Source of the DNA: Octopus sinensis
Taxonomy: Eukaryota
Reading direction: 5' to 3'
Assembly (NCBI RefSeq): GCF_006345805.1
Contig: NC_043015.1
Coordinates: 3,906,001-3,970,000, forward strand
Length of the DNA: 64,000 bases
The first letter of the stretch is position 1, and each line of letters opens with the position of its first letter. Positions 1 through 13,365 of the stretch are shown one piece after another. The notes beneath the pieces were generated by a model. That model was not told where the DNA came from. It did no database searches and was given only the letters and a program-made list of their open reading frames with translations. Both the position numbers and the translations under genes were made by a program.

Positions 1-169
1 AAATTTTTCCTTAAATAATTTAAAATTCAACTAGTTTCTCTTTTCACGACTATCTACGCTCTCATACCCTCATAGGTGAAAACATTTCTATAGCCATTCA
101 CCTTAGCCATAAACACACAAAAGCACTTACAACTGGTTTTCCTCCCCAAACCCTTCAATCTTTTCTACT

Positions 170-860
170 CTAGGCACAAGGCCTGAAATTTTGTGGGAGG
201 TGACCAGTTGATTGCCTCGACCACGGTACGCAACTGGCACTTAATTTACTAGTTCAGAAAGGATGAAAGTCAAAGTCGATATCGGTGTAATTTGAACTCA
301 GGACGTAACGACAAAAGAAATACTTATTTCTTTACTATCTACAAGAGGCTAAACACAGAGAGGACAAACAAGGACAGACAAACGTATTAAGTCGATTACA
401 TCGAACCGAGTGCGTAATTGGTACTAATTTAATCGAGTCCGAATGGATGAAAGGCAAAGTCGATCTCGGCGGAATTTGATCTCACAACGTAACGGCAGAC
501 GAAATACCTATTTTTTACTACTCACAAGGGACTAAACACAGAGGGGACAAACAAAGAGAGACAAATGGATGAAGTCGATCACATCGACCCCAGTGCGTAA
601 CTGGTACTTATTTAATCGACTCCGAATGGATGAAAGGCAAAGTCGACCTCGGCGGAATTTGAACTCAGGAACTAATAACCTTTCTAACAAGACCTGAACT
701 TTTAAGGGAGGGGGCTAGCCGATTTCATCTACCGTCAATTCTCAGCTGTTATTTATTTTACCGACGCCGAAACAATAAAAGGCGGGCGTCAACTTCGGAG
801 GTTTCTCAAATAGGAATGTAGTGACGGGCAAAATGCCGCAGAGCTTTTTGCCCGGCGTGC
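170..860 (+). mobile_element. Head-to-tail cluster of about four partial octopus-type SINE copies
   Basis: The motif ggatgaaaggcaaagtcgacctcggcggaatttgaactca...cgtaac...gacgaaatac recurs at about 260, 445 and 628, with a more decayed copy at 690-860. Spacing is about 183 bp. The same motif recurs many times in the window. Confidence 0.8.
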
Positions 861-1878
861 TAAAGATTCTGACAACTCACCGCCTTCACATCCGTATGTA
901 ATGTATGACAGTAGATTATCAATGGTAGATTATATATATTTGACCATGCCAGGAAAATGGTACTTCGATATACGAGAATTATTATTTTTTCTATCGCTAA
1001 CATGTTTTTCCAACAATGCACAGACGTCTGGAACAAGTACTCATGAATAAATATAATATACATTAATGGAATGCTTTATGCTTGCTACAAAATTTAAGTG
1101 ATGACCTTCAAAATTTTCTTTGTCGGTAAATAGAATTGTTCTTCATAAATAATATAGATAAATTCCTGCTGAATGCATTTCCGTATGCATAAGCGTGTTT
1201 ATATCGGAAAAATCAGGATGAAATGATTACATGACAGGATGAGTTGTAGTGCATTGTCAACACTACGCCACGTTTGTAATTGCATAAATCTTATCGAAAG
1301 TATATTAGAGTATACCTTAAAAAGTATATTAGAGTATACCTTTACTGCTAAGTTCACACAATAGAATACTTCTGTGTCTGTCTGCAGTTATTGATAGTGA
1401 TAATTTTCATATTTTCAAAACTATATAAATTCTGCTGGCAAGATAATAGTATTATGAAACTGATTCATCAAAACCGTTTTGCTGTAAAGAAATATTAGTG
1501 TAAATGTCCTGAAATTATTTCTTACCCATTATTCATTTCGAAAGACCTTGAAAGAACTGACACAAAATGTTAGTATACGATTGCACAAACGAGGAATGAA
1601 TATCGGTGCAAACTACTACTTACAACATGAAGACTTGAATGAACAACATTAATATGGTCTCAAAAAAGCCTTTCGAAATTTTGTGGGGTGTTTTGAAAGT
1701 GAATGTTCTAAGAAACGTTAATGTCCAAACGCCCATCAGATCCTGAGAAAAATGTTCATGCTGACTGAATATACCGACTAAGCCTTATGACACAAAACAC
1801 TATTCTTATACACTTCCATACTTACATAAATACATGCAACATACATATATACATAACTGCATATATATATATATATAT

Positions 1879-1939
<61 letters not shown>

Positions 1940-2010
1940 AATATATAAATATATGTAAATATATAATATATAAATATATATATATATAGATAGATAGATA
2001 GATATGCATG

Positions 2011-2048
<38 letters not shown>

Positions 2049-3949
2049 ATATATCCTCTCTCTCTCTCTCGTTCTCATTAGACTTCCCTTTCATGTGTAT
2101 GTACTAAACATAGCATTAAACATGTCACATTCTCTATCGTATACACCCAGCACTTTTTATAAGAATGCGGATTAAATACAGATGCATATTTCTAATTCTT
2201 AGTTTTTAAATACCAGATCTGTTACATAAGTTAGAACAGATTGTCTTGTGTCTATATATTTGATAATGCGAAATTAATAGATGATTTAATATGAAATTTA
2301 AAAATATTCTTATTACAGTTAATACGTATAACGGTCAATAAATTGTAGAGTATTACTTGTATTTTAAAATAGTCGTATTACAAATACATACATAAATATA
2401 CATACGTGTGTGCGTGTTTTAATATTAAGAAGCCTACCAATAGGCTTATGCGTATAAACACACTCACATACATAAATACTCACGTATACACACATATAAC
2501 TACAAGAATCCAAGTCGTACTATATGTGCAAATGTGTATGTATGTGGGTGATGTTACGTTAATTAACTCGCTTTCTTATGATAAGTTTCTAGCAAAATCT
2601 CAGGAATCTACATTTGTCTTAGAATTTGATATCGTAAATCTGCCTAAAATATGATATGCTTTTACTCACCACTAACGTGTGTAATTAATCATACAGCGTT
2701 CTTCATTTAAGATTTCATCATCGTACTAATCTCAGCATTTTCAAGTATAGTTTTCGCTGTTTCTCTTTTATTGATACCTATATTCTTAGCAAATTATTAT
2801 GGGGAGAGAAAAGAAACCCATGTTTAGGGCATACAGAAATTGTAAATTAGAAATTTTGCATTTAATGAGTATGAATATAATTCATATAGAACCGAAACTA
2901 GATAAAAGTAAGGCAGCTGTTTCAGAGGTACTTACAGAAATAATGAGCACAATGCAGTTGTAACAAATTAGTTTGTATGCATGAGTGAATATCAATTATT
3001 TTGTTTATATATATATAAATATATAAACGTGTACTTGTATGTGCCTATATATTTGCAGCAGATTCTAAATCGTGTGGAATCCATGGGTGAAGCCAATGGC
3101 ACTTTCTTGGCCAATTTTATTATTTCAAGATATTTTATGTAATTTTAGAAAATATATATCTGATAACAGGTATTATTTTCACTTGTGCGTAATTTAGAAG
3201 ACAGTTTATTCACCGACACCTTCCTACACACATGTGTACATATTTATATTTTCCATATTAGTATATTTTATTACATACATTCTTATACATATTTCAATGT
3301 ATTTTACGTCCTTATGCTTAGACACACATATTTACGTATCCACGCTGTTAAAATTGCAGCTCTATTCAATTCTCCACCATAAACCGACTAACTGATAACC
3401 TCAAAAAATATTTAAATATCAATAATAACGCGACGCAGAGAGAGAATAAAAAGAAGTTCAAATATAAGCCGAATACTCTAAAAGTCAATTCATCGTCCTA
3501 GTTTCATTGACTTATCTCCGATACTGTTAATATATATTTCCAAAGCATGTACCTAAATCCTAAGAGAGGAATTGAAATGTCCTAATTACATTATCATTCA
3601 ACGAGTCTCCACGATATTCAAAATACCCAGTGCAATTTTTTTTATCGATTTCCGTAGTATTACTTTATCGAAACATCATAATATTTGAATATACAATCTT
3701 ATATTTATTAGTTTTTCCTGTACATAATATTGAAATCCATTTTTATATTTTAGTATTAACTGTCAAGTTTTGCTTTATATTAAATGAGAAAAAATAATAT
3801 GGCGCCAATGAAATATATGATAAATAACACTATACATATTAATTGCGGTACTGTTACAGGCACACGTAATTTTCAAATAGGACGCGATGATCACGAATCT
3901 GCAAGCAAGCATATTCATGTTATTGAAAATCAGCTTACGTATAAATATC

Positions 3950-3981
<32 letters not shown>

Positions 3982-3982
3982 C

Positions 3983-4052
<70 letters not shown>

Positions 4053-4065
4053 CATGTATGTATGC

Positions 4066-4119
<54 letters not shown>

Positions 4120-4222
4120 ATGTATATATTTATGTATATATGTTTTTATGTATGCATATGAGATATCGCGGAAAACAAGGCGTCAAAAAGGGGTGCTGAT
4201 ATAAATCTATAAATGTTAAATA

Positions 4223-4261
<39 letters not shown>

Positions 4262-5584
4262 TATATATATGTATGTATATACATATCATATTTATTGCAG
4301 TCGAATATTACATAATGTATTTGCGAATATTCATATATTTCTTGATAAATGTGAATTTCGACAACACAAATAATTCAATCTCTTAACTGCAAATACATAA
4401 ATGCGGGCATGAATATAAAAATACATATCTCTATATACATGTACACACACAGACATTTATTTCAATATATACATACCTCTCTTTACCGGTCGTTATATAT
4501 AAATATCATCTGTTTAGATACACATACACAAACATGCATATAGATACATTTATATGCATATATATATATATATATACGTGTGTGTGTGTGTATGTGAACA
4601 GAATATAGACCAATATATTATAGTTATATATAACGATAGACAACGAGACATAGGAAAGACAATTGATGAAGAATATAAAGCTAGCAGGAGGGACACAAAT
4701 GTACTGGAAATGAAGGTACATAAGTAAATACAATAAAAATGTGCAAAATGCAGTACATTGTGTAATTTAATAGAATTTATAAGGTTCTAACATTTCCCCT
4801 TGTACTCTTTATCAGAGAGAAATATAAGCAATACAATAGGGATATGAGAAATAAAATTGCTATGTCTCTTTGGTCTACCGCTCTAGTCTTAAAGTACATT
4901 TGGATTCTGGAATAGATTGATAGGATGTCAGGACACTGCTGTAATACGATCAGTAGGGAAGAACAGTTATTGGGGTACGACAAAGAATATGGAAAATGAT
5001 GGAAAATGTAAATTGATTATTATTTATATGGTACAAATTTAAAGATTGTGTGTAATGCTATGCCGCTGTTATTCTTGCCTTATCGTCCATTCATTTAAAA
5101 ATGTGTATATATTCTTCAGTCACACACACTATATGTGCGTATAAATTGCAAGTATGAACACACAAATATATATAAACACTCAAATGTGCATACATATATG
5201 CGAACAAATCCACTCATACACACACGTACACAGGTGTACTTATTTGTAAATATATTATTTCAAGCGTGCGAGTACAGATGTATGTATTCTTGTACAATTA
5301 GGTGTGTGCCTATGTATGTATTGACGTACCATTTGTCGAGTGTATAGTGAAAACATTGTCCTCAATAAATGTTATAGAGAACGAGTGTGAGCATATATTT
5401 TTGCATTGAAAAGTATGCGAAATGTTATAAGTTGCCAAAGAATATGTTGTAAACTCGTTTTGAACGTAATGGAAAGGAAGGAAAACATTAATTTATTTAT
5501 TTCTTATAATATGGGCATGTGGGCAAGATATTTTCAAATGTGGGTAAGTGGGTAAGAATATTGTCAAATGTGTGTATGTATATC

Positions 5585-6237
5585 AGTCGTTTTTTGTGCA
5601 CTCACAGGTCGCTCTTCGACACCCATCCCTTCTCCTCTCTGATTCCTTCTTTCTCTCTCTTCTCGCTCTTTGTCGCGTTTGTCCCTCCTCTCTCTCTCCT
5701 CTCTCTCTCTCTCTTCCGTTGCTTCTCTTTCTTTTCTTCTCTCTCTTCTCTGTCACGTGACTGCTGGCCGAAATCTGCCTTTCAGCTTCTGACCAGCGTC
5801 GTGTTAACATCGTTGTTTTTCGTCCGCCGCTATAGGCATCGCCGATAAGGCTCCTTTCCTTGCGCCAGAGAAAAAATTTGTTTGCTTGTTATCAGTCGTA
5901 AGACACTTGTTGTTGTTTTCACCGTTAATGCTTCTGTATTCATGTTTCTGTATTCCATTGTTTTTTTATATTCGTCCCTTTTGCTGTCTGGTGTCCGTAT
6001 GCATTCGATCCTTCTTCCAGGAAATCTACGCTCCCAGCTTAGTTTTTCTAATGCTCGTTGCTTAGTTTTCTTGGAGGGCTGGCCGTGATCTAGTAATCTC
6101 AAGATTAATCAGCCGAAATTACTACGATGATCCGGTTCTTGACTGAAGACTGAGGGTTTCGAATGTCTTGTCCGTGTTTATTGTATCGTCTTCTAAGAGT
6201 TATACGTTCTTGTCCATGTTGTAATTTTCTACATACC

Positions 6238-6240
<3 letters not shown>
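5585..6240 (+). mobile_element. CT-rich non-coding element (subfamily A) with permuted hammerhead domain; probably a non-autonomous Penelope-related or retrozyme-like element
   Basis: Same layout as the elements at 39986-41282 and 44087-45471: CT tract, (G)TCACGTGAC at 5752-5761, T-rich middle, then ggctggcc...cagccgaaat...ctgaagactgagggtttcgaatgtc. Confidence 0.7.
6077..6167 (+). ncRNA. Hammerhead-ribozyme-like motif, non-circular strand order (copy A)
   Basis: TAGTAAT-C 6091-6098 pairs with A-TTACTA 6118-6124 (stem III). TCAAGA 6099-6104 pairs with TCTTGA 6137-6142 (stem I). GAAA at 6115-6118, CTGAAGA at 6143-6149. Confidence 0.65.
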
Positions 6241-6287
<47 letters not shown>

Positions 6288-6859
6288 ATATATGTGTGTG
6301 TGTGTTTGTGTGCGTGTGCACGTGTGTATTTATGTGCGTGTTTGCATACACGTATATGCATACATACACCCGCATGCACACGCACACACATGTAAGTTTA
6401 TGTTTACACTATTATATTGGATTTGTCGAGTACACAATACTGATTTCAAATAGTTAAACCTCTGTTATTTTATATAAGATCGTATGATTCATATTTGAAA
6501 TTATTATCTTAACTATTATTTGTTTTTTTTCCATTGCTTTTCATTTTTTCTTTTTGTCTATATCATATTGCAACAGGAATTACTAAAACCTGAAGTAGAA
6601 AGCAAATATTTTGTTTAAAATTCATTCCGAAATCTTAAACCAGACATTTTACATTTCGCTCATGAAAATACAAATAGAACATTTGACAAAATATCACTTT
6701 AGAAAGATTTCATTTGAATTACATAATATAAACATATGTCATTGAATGTATCCAGACTTTATGCAGTTTGAATTGATTAATAATTTCAGTGATAACAATT
6801 CTATGTAACACATTTTGTAGAATATTCCAAGAGTAACTTACACAATGAATGGATATCGT

Positions 6860-6970
6860 CGTTAAAGTTGTGGATTACGAAAAAAGAATAATTCCCGGGG
6901 TCCATTTGCTCGACTAAATGCGGTTTTCCAGCATAGCCACAGTCAAATGACTGGAAAAGTAAAAGAGTAA
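6860..6970 (-). mobile_element. Octopus-type SINE fragment
   Basis: Minus strand reads tttcagtcatttgactgtggctatgctggaaaaccgcatttagtcgagcaaatggacccc, the same family as 57370-57560 on +. Confidence 0.7.
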
Positions 6971-7027
6971 AAGTGTATACAGACACACTCTCACTTACAT
7001 ATAGACATTAATAACTTGTAGGATCAC

Positions 7028-7543
7028 GGTATTTCGTTATGCAATCATAATATGCTACAGCTCTGTATGAAATTTGATATTTATTTAAGTCAATACCGTA
7101 TGCTACTTTGTTAGCAGTGCCCTCATATCACGTGTTAAGTTCACCTCTTCAAATTGTAAATATCTTATAACCTGCAATGATTTCGTTAAGACACTTCATA
7201 AACTAGACGTGTAGAGTCAGTAATAGGTAATGTCTGTCTATGTCATATTTCCGGAGGCTTTTCTTTCTGATCACCTATCTAACCCAAGAATCATCCAGCT
7301 CATTGCTTAAATATGCACTACATATAACGGTGTAATTTTATATGATTTACCAATTTTACATACGAAACTAATTCCTGGAAATTGGTGCGTAAATATTAAT
7401 AGCTTATGTGCTAACTGTATTTCGTTACGCAAACATATGTTACATATTATAATAAACGTTTTTTTATGAGTTTAAGTCAATCGCCATTAAAAAATAACTG
7501 TTGATATACGCTGTAGCATAATATGGTTGCGTAACAAAATGCC
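7028..7543. mobile_element. Degenerate MITE-like element with ~34 bp terminal inverted repeats
   Basis: tttcgttatgcaatcataatatgctacagc (7032-7061) matches the reverse complement of 7510-7539 at about 26/30. A third partial copy lies near 7422. Confidence 0.5.
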
Positions 7544-7936
7544 TTATGCCTACAAGTTATAAATATTTGCATGGCAGCTTCCACGTATGTGATTAATATG
7601 TATTTTGGTACATGAAAGAACGTTACACAACCATTTGTAGTCGCTGTTTATCAATGAGCTTGTAGCTGATTAAAGGGGTAGATGAGTGATGATGAAGGAG
7701 CAAAACTACAGAAATATGGCATATGCACTCATTACCCAAAGTTCCGTGTTCGATCTCAATGTTTGCGTCTGACGTCACGGATACGAAACGTCGTAGGTAA
7801 ATCTCTAGAGTTGAGCTTCCTACGAGATATAGTAAGATGTGTGAGTGTGTGTGTGTGTAGACACATATATGTGTGTACGTGTATGTGTGTGTTTGTTATA
7901 TGTGGCTGTATATATATATATATATATATATATACC

Positions 7937-8000
<64 letters not shown>

Positions 8001-8030
8001 GATATATATATATATATATATTATATATGT

Positions 8031-8084
<54 letters not shown>

Positions 8085-8094
8085 TGCATTATTT

Positions 8095-8240
8095 ACATTA
8101 CGTACATTTTATTCCACGGATACTTGCGGTCATCTTGTTTGTTGTTAACACAACGTTTCGGCTGATATAACCTCCAGCTTTCTTCAGGTGTCTAGGAAAA
8201 ATTTCGAAACTTGTTCTCATTCCTAAGTTTTTCTTTTCCA

Positions 8241-8286
<46 letters not shown>

Positions 8287-8400
8287 TTTGTTATTATATA
8301 CAACAGAAAAGATGAGGACAAATATCCGTCCAATGCAAACAATGTAAATAATAGAAATGATATTTACTCATCTCTAAAATATTGAACTGTAAAATACATC
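8095..8400 (-). mobile_element. Penelope-like element terminus with inverted tail, split by (TTA)n
   Basis: The aagatga(c/g)...caa(g/a)tatccgt segment occurs on - (8116-8135) and on + (8309-8330). The - copy carries a minimal hammerhead motif, which is typical of Penelope termini. Confidence 0.6.
8147..8192 (-). ncRNA. Minimal type I hammerhead motif (Penelope-type)
   Basis: Minus strand: GACAC CTGAAGA A AGCTG GAGGTTATAT CAGCC GAAACGTT GTGTT. Stem I is GACAC/GTGTT, stem II is (A)GCTG/CAGC(C), and stem III is the palindrome ACGT. Confidence 0.55.
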
Positions 8401-8580
8401 GCGGGCTTTGAGAAAGCTGCGTATAATATTGTGAAGACAGCGAAAGAAATTTGAAGTTTGGCAGCATATCCATCTTTTGTTTTCGTATAGAATCTTATTT
8501 TTTTTCAAATAGATACCGAAATGCATACATACTATATATACCCTTTAATATATGTATATATATATACATAAATATATATG

Positions 8581-8619
<39 letters not shown>

Positions 8620-9169
8620 GCGTGTGTGTGTGTGTGTGTGTTGTGTGGTGTCTGTGTGTGTCTGTATGTGTGTGTGTGTGCATCTATTTTTTGTGTTTGT
8701 GTGTGAATAATAACGTACATATAATAACACACATATACCCATCGTAATTTTGTCGCGTAAGGTTCCGTGCAGATACATTTCTAACTCCAAGAAAAAAAAA
8801 ACTTTGATTTCCAGAGTTGAAAAAATAAACCTTCTGATATATCTAACACCATCAAGAAATTTGCAATAAGGAAATAGTGTTCGTGGAACATTTAAGCACG
8901 GAATTCAATACTTGTTAAAAAATTTGCTCCTGCACACTATTTCCTCTTTTCGAGACACTCTTCTTTTAAATATCCTACACTCTAATACTTTTCTTTTTGA
9001 CTTATATTTATATTCATGGCAATGAACACGCGCAAGCACATCCACACTGAGAGTGAGGGACTTATTGATATGTATACGTATAGGTATATGTATATCTCAC
9101 TCATACTCTCTCTCCAAATATATACATATATGTGTATGTCTCTGTGTTTGTGTGGATTATAGTGTATGA

Positions 9170-9216
<47 letters not shown>

Positions 9217-9236
9217 GTATATCGAAATATATATAT

Positions 9237-9304
<68 letters not shown>

Positions 9305-10076
9305 CTGATACCCACACAATACATGTCATTTTTTAATACATGAAATATATCATTCAGTCTCCAATAAATATTTCCATATTTATTTACACAGTTTTATTTC
9401 CTGGTTTTACTTGTTTGTAATAAAATCAATACATCGCACACACACATACACACACAAACACACAAACACACACACACGCACACAGACACAATATAAAATC
9501 TTAGAGCTTTTCCCACAAAATATATGTTTATTCCTATGTTTATTAATGCATATATTTATTTAAAGTTTTAATGGCGGCATTTAACTTACGTAGATCACTA
9601 TCAACAATAAAATGATATTTTGCCATTCCTGTCTGACATATTGGAATGACGGATTTCGAACCTAATGCTGTATTTCACTGGGGTTAAACGTTTTCACAAA
9701 TCGTTAAATGTGATTTGTCTGTTTATCACCAAAGCAATATTAATATTATATCGACATCGATAACAATTATGATATTGAAATATAAAACTAGTGTATTCCC
9801 AATCTTGTCAAATATTCTTTCGTTCATGCTTTGGAAATAAATAAACGTATCTACCCAACTTTTTCTTAAGATGATCTGATTCTTTTTATTTCGAGAGAGA
9901 ACTAAATTCGAAATATCTGTTTCTTCACTTTGCGTTTTGATGTCAAAACATGCGACGGCTGTGCGACTAATTATTTGTCAGTTTTTAGCATCTGCCATGT
10001 GTAATATATGTATTAATAAAACAGGAGTCAGCAATGACTGATTTTCTGCAACATATTTTTTATTACGTTTGTAGCT

Positions 10077-10212
10077 TTAGAGGGATTTCTTAGATATGAA
10101 TGACCTTGCGTTTTCCTCCTGTGCACCGTAGTCAATGATCTTTGGGTTCCTCTTGGGATGGACACAATCGAAAATCGCTTTATACATAGCCATCATAGTG
10201 TCTTCGCAAGCA
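10077..10212 (-). CDS. Weak candidate terminal exon (ACEDTMMAMYKAIFDCVHPKRNPKIIDYGAQEENARSFISKKSL*)
   Basis: Polypyrimidine tract and CAG acceptor (ttttgttttctcttgttgctgatcag) followed by 45 open codons to TAA. No homology recognised. Confidence 0.2.
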
Positions 10213-10714
10213 CTGATCAGCAACAAGAGAAAACAAAAAAGAAGATGGTAACAACGTAAACGACATCCAGAACAACAATTGCTAACCTGATCAACGGGAG
10301 GAGGAAAAAAGAACATAGCAACAATATAACCGAAATTAAATACAGCCGCAAAACTAACAGATGTAAGTTTGCATAAATGTATTTACATAGTGAAGAATAC
10401 AATATAGACAAACATCATTTTGCAATCTTAATATACAAGTCTGGATTTCATAGGATGGGCAATCTTTTCCAGTGAGGTTGCGGATTAAACCTATTTAGAA
10501 GGAAGATATGTATAAACCATTATTGACACAAGGCTGCAGTGATGCCTAAATTCTGAATGACTGTAGAAGAACAGTACTTATAACATTTCAAATATTCATA
10601 GGTCTAGATGTAACAAAATTCTGAAGCATCAGAAAAAATACAGCAGCATGAGTCGCAATATAATTATAAACTATCGCAGTAAGTAACATAAAAACAGTAC
10701 TTGTTTAACAGGAA

Positions 10715-10737
10715 TTCTATCTATATTTCTATCTATC

Positions 10738-10833
<96 letters not shown>

Positions 10834-10941
10834 AATCTATCTATCTATCTATCTAGCAATCTCTATATTTTTTATCTATCTACTTATCTATCTATATCTG
10901 TTGTCTGTCTGTGTGTCTATCCGTTATCTATATCAATAATA

Positions 10942-11003
<62 letters not shown>

Positions 11004-11009
11004 GGTGTG

Positions 11010-11056
<47 letters not shown>

Positions 11057-11090
11057 CATATACTATGTATGTATGTAGGTATGTATGTAT
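10715..11090. repeat. Compound (TATC)n/(TA)n/(TG)n microsatellite
   Basis: Directly visible. Confidence 0.95.
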
Positions 11091-11135
11091 CTAGAAGCTG
11101 TTGGACCCGGGGTTGCTCGTGTTTTCCGTGTAGAA
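11091..11135 (+). mobile_element. Possible terminus of a non-autonomous Helitron-like element
   Basis: ctagaagctgttggacccggggttgctcgtg resembles CTAG...CCCGG(C/G)GTTGC(T/C)CG termini I recall from invertebrate non-autonomous Helitron-like repeats. The other end was not found. Confidence 0.25.
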
Positions 11136-12989
11136 GTTAAGCCCACCTCTGACCTTGCATTGAAATCTACATTCTCCGTGCCAACTGTTATCATCACGAT
11201 GTTATATCTGGTTCGGCAGGGATTTTACTGGTTAACGCTTTCGACATGATCCTACATACTGGACCGGCTGAAATCTCATTCATATATTTTGGTACACCTC
11301 AACTCGTTGTGAGTAATTTTGCTTTTTTTTCTTCCTTTAATGCCAACCTCTGTACAAAATTGATCAGCGTGTTAAATCGCAGAAAATTCCGAAGAAAAGT
11401 GTTAACGCTATGTCATAAAATTAAATGTATATGACCATTTGCATGAAAGTATATAAGTTATAAAATATCTATGGATATTTGCACGCAAAAAGCCTATTGA
11501 TGTTATAAATCCACTGCTCAAGGGCAATTATCGACTTTTGTCAACACCATATAATGACATCAACTCACTGTCACCAGCCTCGCTCACTCAACGATTTACA
11601 TCAAAATTGGAAAAAAATGCAACAGCTGCAGGAAACTAACATCGTTATGGGAATTTGCATTCAAATACCCGATTGAACTCAATAACGTCGATGCCAACTC
11701 AGCATTATCAAGTTTAAGAAAACTTCCGAACTTATTTGAATTTCAGGGCATGTGATCTACCTATGTGTCAAAAATTATTAAAATCGGTTGCACGGTGTGA
11801 GAGGAGTTAGAGTAAACCCATACTCGCACAGACACGATTACACATTTATGCATATAGATATATATATTTTTCTATATACGAAAACACGAAGGAAGACAAT
11901 TTCGATTATCCTCAGATGGTGAGTAGTAATACAAAAATATTATATATATGAAAGAAGAAATAAGCGCAGTTTACATAGTTTTAAAATATTGTAATTGTAA
12001 CAGTATTGTGGTGTCAACCGGTGTTTCGCTTTCGCTAAACATCCGATGCACTACAGAAGTTCGTCAGTTGGAATTCCAAGCAGTCCAGTTATATTCTGGC
12101 ATGTTTTACAGTTAGGACGTCCATATTTTTACAATTGTTTTCGCCGTTGTTGTGTATAGCTTTGAATTTATTAGTAATCATTTCAGCGATATATATATAT
12201 ATGCAGAGAGCGAGAGAGAGAGATAGAGAGAGAGAAAGAGAGAATTTCGTCTGCATGTGTTTGAATTTACTTAAATATGTTACGTATGTATTCAAAACCA
12301 CACAGTCATACGCGAGCACACACCCACACGCACACACACAAATACACACTCATCATACATACATATATTCAATATGAGAACGTGAGCAGGTTCTCCAGTC
12401 TAGAATTAGTATCCACATTTCTCTCAAGTATTCTAATAAAAATTTGTATTGCGAGAGACATATTACGATATTGTTCTCTTAAATTTATATCATCATATGT
12501 CTGCGTTCTAGGGTCACGACTGTGTCTTAAAGAACTTACAGAAAAGTTACGTATAGAACCATTTAGTAATTTTTTTAAAATGTTGGCGTCAGGTTCACAG
12601 AGACTTCAAAATTATTGCTTTTAACTCAATTTAAATTCTTTCTTTCATTAAAGTCTATGTCCCAACTTCTAAAATTATTGATTATGACTGAATTTAATAC
12701 GCGTACATTTGCTAGAAAAGCGTTTGAAATAAATATGTTTTCAATTTTCTTTTTGCTCCCATTCTTTGAACCACATTGCGACGCTTTTACCGTCTTTCTC
12801 TCTATATCTCATAGATACTCCCTCTGTCTTTCTCTTCTCTTTCATATCCCTCCCTACCACTTTGTGTTTTCATACATGTAATTATACATGTATCATTTAC
12901 ATTATATATATATATATTTATATATATATATATTATGTGAAATAGAAAGATGAATAATCTTGTAGTAGATTAATCAAAAGTTTAACCGA

Positions 12990-13090
12990 TACCTTAGTAG
13001 CAGATTCACAGCAGTAAACAGCACGGTGGAGGTATAACCATATGGTGTTGCAACCGTGCGTTGGTGCGGATAATTGAAATTAAAATGTTA
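12990..13090 (+). mobile_element. Possible decayed Tc1 transposase fragment
   Basis: Translates as SKQHGGGITIWCC, similar to the Tc1 KHGGGS(V/I)MVWGC motif. Confidence 0.3.
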
Positions 13091-13092
13091 TT

Positions 13093-13132
13093 GGTGAATT
13101 GAAGAAATGGAGCTCCATTTCTTCAATTCACC
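13093..13132. repeat. Perfect 40 bp palindrome with no spacer
   Basis: ggtgaattgaagaaatggag|ctccatttcttcaattcacc. Confidence 0.95.
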
Positions 13133-13365
13133 TATATATATATATATATATATACATTATAATATACCACAAACAGAAACGTACGGAATGTGTTGGAATT
13201 AAATGATGCATGCATAATTATGTGTATGGAAATACAGAGTGGGAGGGAGGTACATAAAAATGAAGATAGTATCACAGGGAGTATCGGAAAGGTTAAGAGC
13301 AAAAGAAGGAAAAAGTATCGCAATTCTTACTCGTAGACACACACATACACACACATATATGTGTT

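Noticed and set aside
170-860. Regularly spaced repeats that might resemble a CRISPR-like array
   Set aside because: The units are ~180 bp diverged SINE bodies in eukaryotic DNA, with no short-repeat/unique-spacer structure.
1624-1742. Minus-strand segment with AG acceptor and GTAAGT donor (DLMGVWTLTFLRTF...)
   Set aside because: Short pyrimidine tract, no homology recognised and no linked exons.
6143-6167. CTGAAGA...CGAATGTC read as a conventional local type I hammerhead
   Set aside because: It lacks A15.1 (GAAT, not GAAA) and no stem I partner follows GTC. The CUGANGA instead pairs, through stem I, with the upstream TCAAGA.
7768-7800. ctgacgtcacggatacgaaacgtc hammerhead-like string
   Set aside because: A9 is mutated, and stems I and II do not pair convincingly. 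At most a decayed Penelope terminus.
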